A stretch of 63,262 nucleotides of DNA, the filler included, from Folioceros fuciformis (lineage: Eukaryota), in assembly GCA_049999805.1 (NCBI GenBank). It is 6 parts of 6 records of this genome, joined end to end, with 100 filler letters (N's around TTAATTAATTAA, not from the genome) between each part and the next. Parts side by side here need not be neighbours in the genome. Positions count along the whole stretch, not along the records: positions 37,033 to 61,164 come from JBNGIO010004178.1; positions 61,265 to 63,262 come from JBNGIO010004225.1; 4 more parts are not named here. The stretch is one strand, 5' to 3'. Position 1 is the stretch's first letter; each line of letters begins with the position of its first letter. The position numbers and the translations under genes were made by a program. Below the pieces are notes generated by a model. The model was given only the letters and a program-made list of their open reading frames with translations, made no database searches and was not told the DNA's origin. Positions 59,374-63,262 of the stretch are shown here, piece after piece.

Positions 59374-60958
59374 TCAGGGTGTGGAGGGGGCCGCGAGTTT
59401 TGGCATGCGGGTTGCAGAATGATGTGACTTGTGGACAAAGATCGGCTTCAGAATCTGAATCTGACAGACAAGCTAGCGCAGCAGAAAGAAGAGGCTTTTG
59501 TGGGCATTGCCAAGTACACATAAAGTTACTTCACTTCACCTCAGGCATGTCGGTCTTGTGTGTTGATTCCACTTCTTCCAGTCCCAAGCACAGTTGAGGA
59601 CAGCTAGCCCACTTACATCACAAGCATTCCAGGGGGGAAGATCAGGATTCATCACAGACCACATTGTCAAGTGTAGGCTAATGAAGCTGGGCGAACAGCG
59701 GCCATTGTTTACCAAACAATAACTTACGTTCTTGGCAGCGGTGCTGAAGGCTTGCTTGTGATCAATATTAGGATTCCTTGCTTTTATCCTCTGGATCTCC
59801 TCCCTGCACACACAGGTTCCGTGCAACTTGCTGAAGGTGGGTGCAGCCTCATTAGGAAGTCGCCCACAGGCTTTCTGGTGCAAGGCCTGGAAAGCGTCTG
59901 CCTACATCCGTACACGTCATGCACACCAAGAAGCAACATAATATTATGTACAAACCTGATGAAAATATTGTATGCGGACGGATTCCTGCTCCTCTTTCCT
60001 GCTGCAAAACCATGATTTCCGCGGCTGATCATGAGCTCCAAAGCACACTAGTGTACCACCTTAGACTCAGTGTGGACCAGGTGTGTACAAATTACAAACA
60101 GGTGTCAGTCCAAGGTTGATGTCTTACCACGGTTGCTTTCTGGGCCTGGCCGCTCCGATGCCATATCATTCCTCTTGTGCGACGGCGGAATAATGGTGTG
60201 CGTTGGCATGTCGGTCGTCTCCGTGGCGACAGTCGTACCCACAGGAATTTGCTCCGAATACTGAGCACTGACTGTTCTAGCTGTTTGCTGCGCTGGCCCG
60301 CCTACATGAAGCGCATACGAGACTACTGGCAACTCCTGCAAAACGAGATGTTGCTTTCAATTAAAGTGTAGCTTCCCGAATTGTGCACAGACCGGGAGGA
60401 GGCAAAATCCCCGGCCCGGAGAACGCACTACACTAGTGTGCCCAAATTTTGCCAGCTTGGTGATCCAGACAGGCTCCAACCATTTCACTGTGGCGCGCCC
60501 TCATGTCGACTGTGAGCAGGCTCTCGCAGTGCCCACATCGCACTAGCACATTTTCCGATAAGCTTCTTTGAGGCACGTTCACCTGCACCCATCGCGGGCC
60601 TGGCATGTCAGCCATCATCTTCAAAGCAAGTAGCATCTACGATCTAGCAAACTCCATGATCAAATGAAACCCATGCAATCCAAATCATTGTTGCTCCATT
60701 CTCCAAAACCCAAAATCACGCCCCGGGGGAGAGGGGGAAAAAAAAAAAACCAGAAACACGAGGCCGTCCGTGGGTCCCTCACAAACTCCAGCACCAAACC
60801 AAGCACAACGAAACACCGAACGCACTCCCGCGTAGCTCCAGCCAAGTTCAACACTTTACCGCCAGAATCTTCCCGCAGAAGCAGCACTGCACGTGGTACA
60901 GACTGAAGAGCTCGGCGTCATCCGGTCGGCCAGCCTTTGGCTCAATCAGGCGGGACAT
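59374..60958 (-). CDS. YABBY: YABBY transcription factor; exons 60958-60860, 60582-60481, 60335-60128, 60001-59956, 59803-59728, 59611-59540, 59460-59374
   Basis: C2C2 finger CCFC-x20-CGHC (HVQCCFCGKILA|VNVPQRSLSENVLVRCGHCESLLTVDM). YABBY box KRSRNPSAYNIFIR|EEIQRIKARNPNIDHKQAFSTAAKN|W with the typical 76-nt exon. The last exon is less certain (alternative stop at 59531). Confidence 0.92.
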
Positions 60959-61264
60959 CCCGAGACGCTAAAAATCCAGCGCCGCACCGGCCGGCCGGGG
61001 GTGGCAGACTCTGAGGAGGAGAAGATCCAGGCCCTCGGCTTCCCGGCGCGCATGAAATGCGAGCACGCAATGCAGATGCAAATGCTGATGCGAAAGCGGG
61101 TGCAGCAGAATCACCCGCCAGAGCGAGCTCCACAGCTCGCTCGCTCGCTCGCAGTCTCGGCGCCNNNNNNNNNNNNNNNNNNNNNNNNNNNNNNNNNNNN
61201 NNNNNNNNTTAATTAATTAANNNNNNNNNNNNNNNNNNNNNNNNNNNNNNNNNNNNNNNNNNNN

Positions 61265-62258
61265 ATAACCAAACCAACTATTTCCTGATCAATTAACCTA
61301 ATTAGCACAAAGAAAAATAGGAAAAATGACTAGAAAATCAAGGAAAATTAGGGAAAAATAAGTTGAAAAAGAAAACCAAACCATACCACTATTAACCCTT
61401 TTTCAACCAAAACAAACTACTACCCCAAACTTTGGAGGTTCACACATACCTAGGTCATGCTAATCATAACAAACTTATCACTTCTTCGAAGCAAGATTGT
61501 TATTTGGAGCCCTTGACTCATTATTTTCAGGATTTGGCAACTTGTGAAGTTTGTGCCACCACAAAGCACAGAGAACACGATTTCCGTGAGCTTGGTTTTC
61601 GTGCTTCTTCCATCCTTGATCTTATGCATGCAAATATTTTTGTACATCTCCAAGTTCCATCTCTTGGCGGCACTAAGTACTACCTCACCTTAACGAATGA
61701 GTATAGTAGATACACTTGGACCTTTGTAATGCATCGCAAGAGTGACACATTTTCTATGTTCAAGGACTAGCTCACATTAGTACAACGGCGGACATGGCAC
61801 TTGCTTAATCTATTTCGTTCAGACAATGGAGGAGAGTTTGTTAGTAATAGCTTTACAAAATTCCTTGCTGATCATGGCATTATACATCAGCTTATTGAGC
61901 CATATGCACAGCAGCAGAATGAAGTAGTTGAACATAAAAACCAAACTTTAATGGGAATGACATGGTCTATGCTACTGTGGTCTGGCTTACCTTCTCTGTA
62001 TTGGGCAGAAGCTGTAGTTACAGCCCCATACATTTTGGATCGTCTACTTACACATTCAGTCCCTGGTAAGACTCCCTATGAAGTATTTTGGGGTCGGAAA
62101 CCTAGCATTGTGCATCTTCGAACTTTCGGTTGTCGAGCCTTTGCATATATACCTGCAGTAAAACGTTGCAAGTTAGATACTCGTTCACGTTCTTTGCTAT
62201 TTGTTGGTTATAGTTGTCAATAGGATCGACTCCAGTCTACGTGCAAGTGTAGGAGAGG
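61265..62258 (+). mobile_element. Ty1/copia retrotransposon integrase fragment, degenerate
   Basis: HTYLGH...CEVC (HHCC), RSDNGGEF, PYAQQQNEVVEHKN, YWAEAV, KTPYE and LRTFGC. Internal stop codons. Confidence 0.9.
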
Positions 62259-62268
62259 NNNNNNNNNN

Positions 62269-63262
62269 ATAACCAAACCAACTATTTCCTGATCAATTAA
62301 CCTAATTAGCACAAAGAAAAATAGGAAAAATGACTAGAAAATCAAGGAAAATTAGGGAAAAATAAGTTGAAAAAGAAAACCAAACCATACCACTATTAAC
62401 CCTTTTTCAACCAAAACAAACTACTACCCCAAACTTTGGAGGTTCACACATACCTAGGTCATGCTAATCATAACAAACTTATCACTTCTTCGAAGCAAGA
62501 TTGTTATTTGGAGCCCTTGACTCATTATTTTCAGGATTTGGCAACTTGTGAAGTTTGTGCCACCACAAAGCACAGAGAACACGATTTCCGTGAGCTTGGT
62601 TTTCGTGCTTCTTCCATCCTTGATCTTATGCATGCAAATATTTTTGTACATCTCCAAGTTCCATCTCTTGGCGGCACTAAGTACTACCTCACCTTAACGA
62701 ATGAGTATAGTAGATACACTTGGACCTTTGTAATGCATCGCAAGAGTGACACATTTTCTATGTTCAAGGACTAGCTCACATTAGTACAACGGCGGACATG
62801 GCACTTGCTTAATCTATTTCGTTCAGACAATGGAGGAGAGTTTGTTAGTAATAGCTTTACAAAATTCCTTGCTGATCATGGCATTATACATCAGCTTATT
62901 GAGCCATATGCACAGCAGCAGAATGAAGTAGTTGAACATAAAAACCAAACTTTAATGGGAATGACATGGTCTATGCTACTGTGGTCTGGCTTACCTTCTC
63001 TGTATTGGGCAGAAGCTGTAGTTACAGCCCCATACATTTTGGATCGTCTACTTACACATTCAGTCCCTGGTAAGACTCCCTATGAAGTATTTTGGGGTCG
63101 GAAACCTAGCATTGTGCATCTTCGAACTTTCGGTTGTCGAGCCTTTGCATATATACCTGCAGTAAAACGTTGCAAGTTAGATACTCGTTCACGTTCTTTG
63201 CTATTTGTTGGTTATAGTTGTCAATAGGATCGACTCCAGTCTACGTGCAAGTGTAGGAGAGG
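62269..63262 (+). mobile_element. Second, apparently identical copy of the copia fragment (probable assembly duplication)
   Basis: 994 bp with the same start, end and ORF translations as 61265-62258, separated from it by 10 N. Confidence 0.85.

Noticed and set aside
61265..63262. Tandem duplication of a copia fragment as a biological event
   Set aside because: Two apparently identical 994-bp copies separated by exactly 10 N fill the whole visible segment, which is typical of a scaffolding artefact.

Overview
Eukaryotic land-plant nuclear DNA. The window is not one continuous locus: six scaffolds (1-10095, 10196-14182, 14283-30354, 30455-36932, 37033-61164, 61265-63262) are joined by artificial 100-nt linkers (44 N + TTAATTAATTAA + 44 N). 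Genes are GC-rich, tightly packed and mostly have ~80-160 nt introns, which suggests a compact-genome non-seed plant; a hornwort is my best guess, and this is inference only. Recognisable genes: DUS1-like tRNA-dihydrouridine synthase, homoserine kinase, ATG8-interacting protein (ATI1/2-like), an 11-exon RBOH, the 3' end of TIM17, GAE, an EID1-like F-box gene, a TIC22-like gene, a decayed PLS-E+ PPR gene, an atypical intronless CIPK, CCDC97, a JAZ repressor and a complete 7-exon YABBY gene. Mobile DNA: a Ty3/gypsy chromovirus, a 5'-truncated RNase H-bearing LINE with a 15-bp TSD, an inverted-repeat-bounded Mutator-like element and a copia fragment duplicated by assembly. The most notable observations are the YABBY gene lying tail-to-tail with a JAZ3/4/9-type gene, the I-group-like LINE, the inverted-repeat-bounded relative of a 'domesticated' SWIM/MULE family, the intronless divergent CIPK, and the DUS1/HSK pair whose start codons are separated by only 124 bp. 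I found no CRISPR array, tRNA, rRNA or clearly new multi-gene system.
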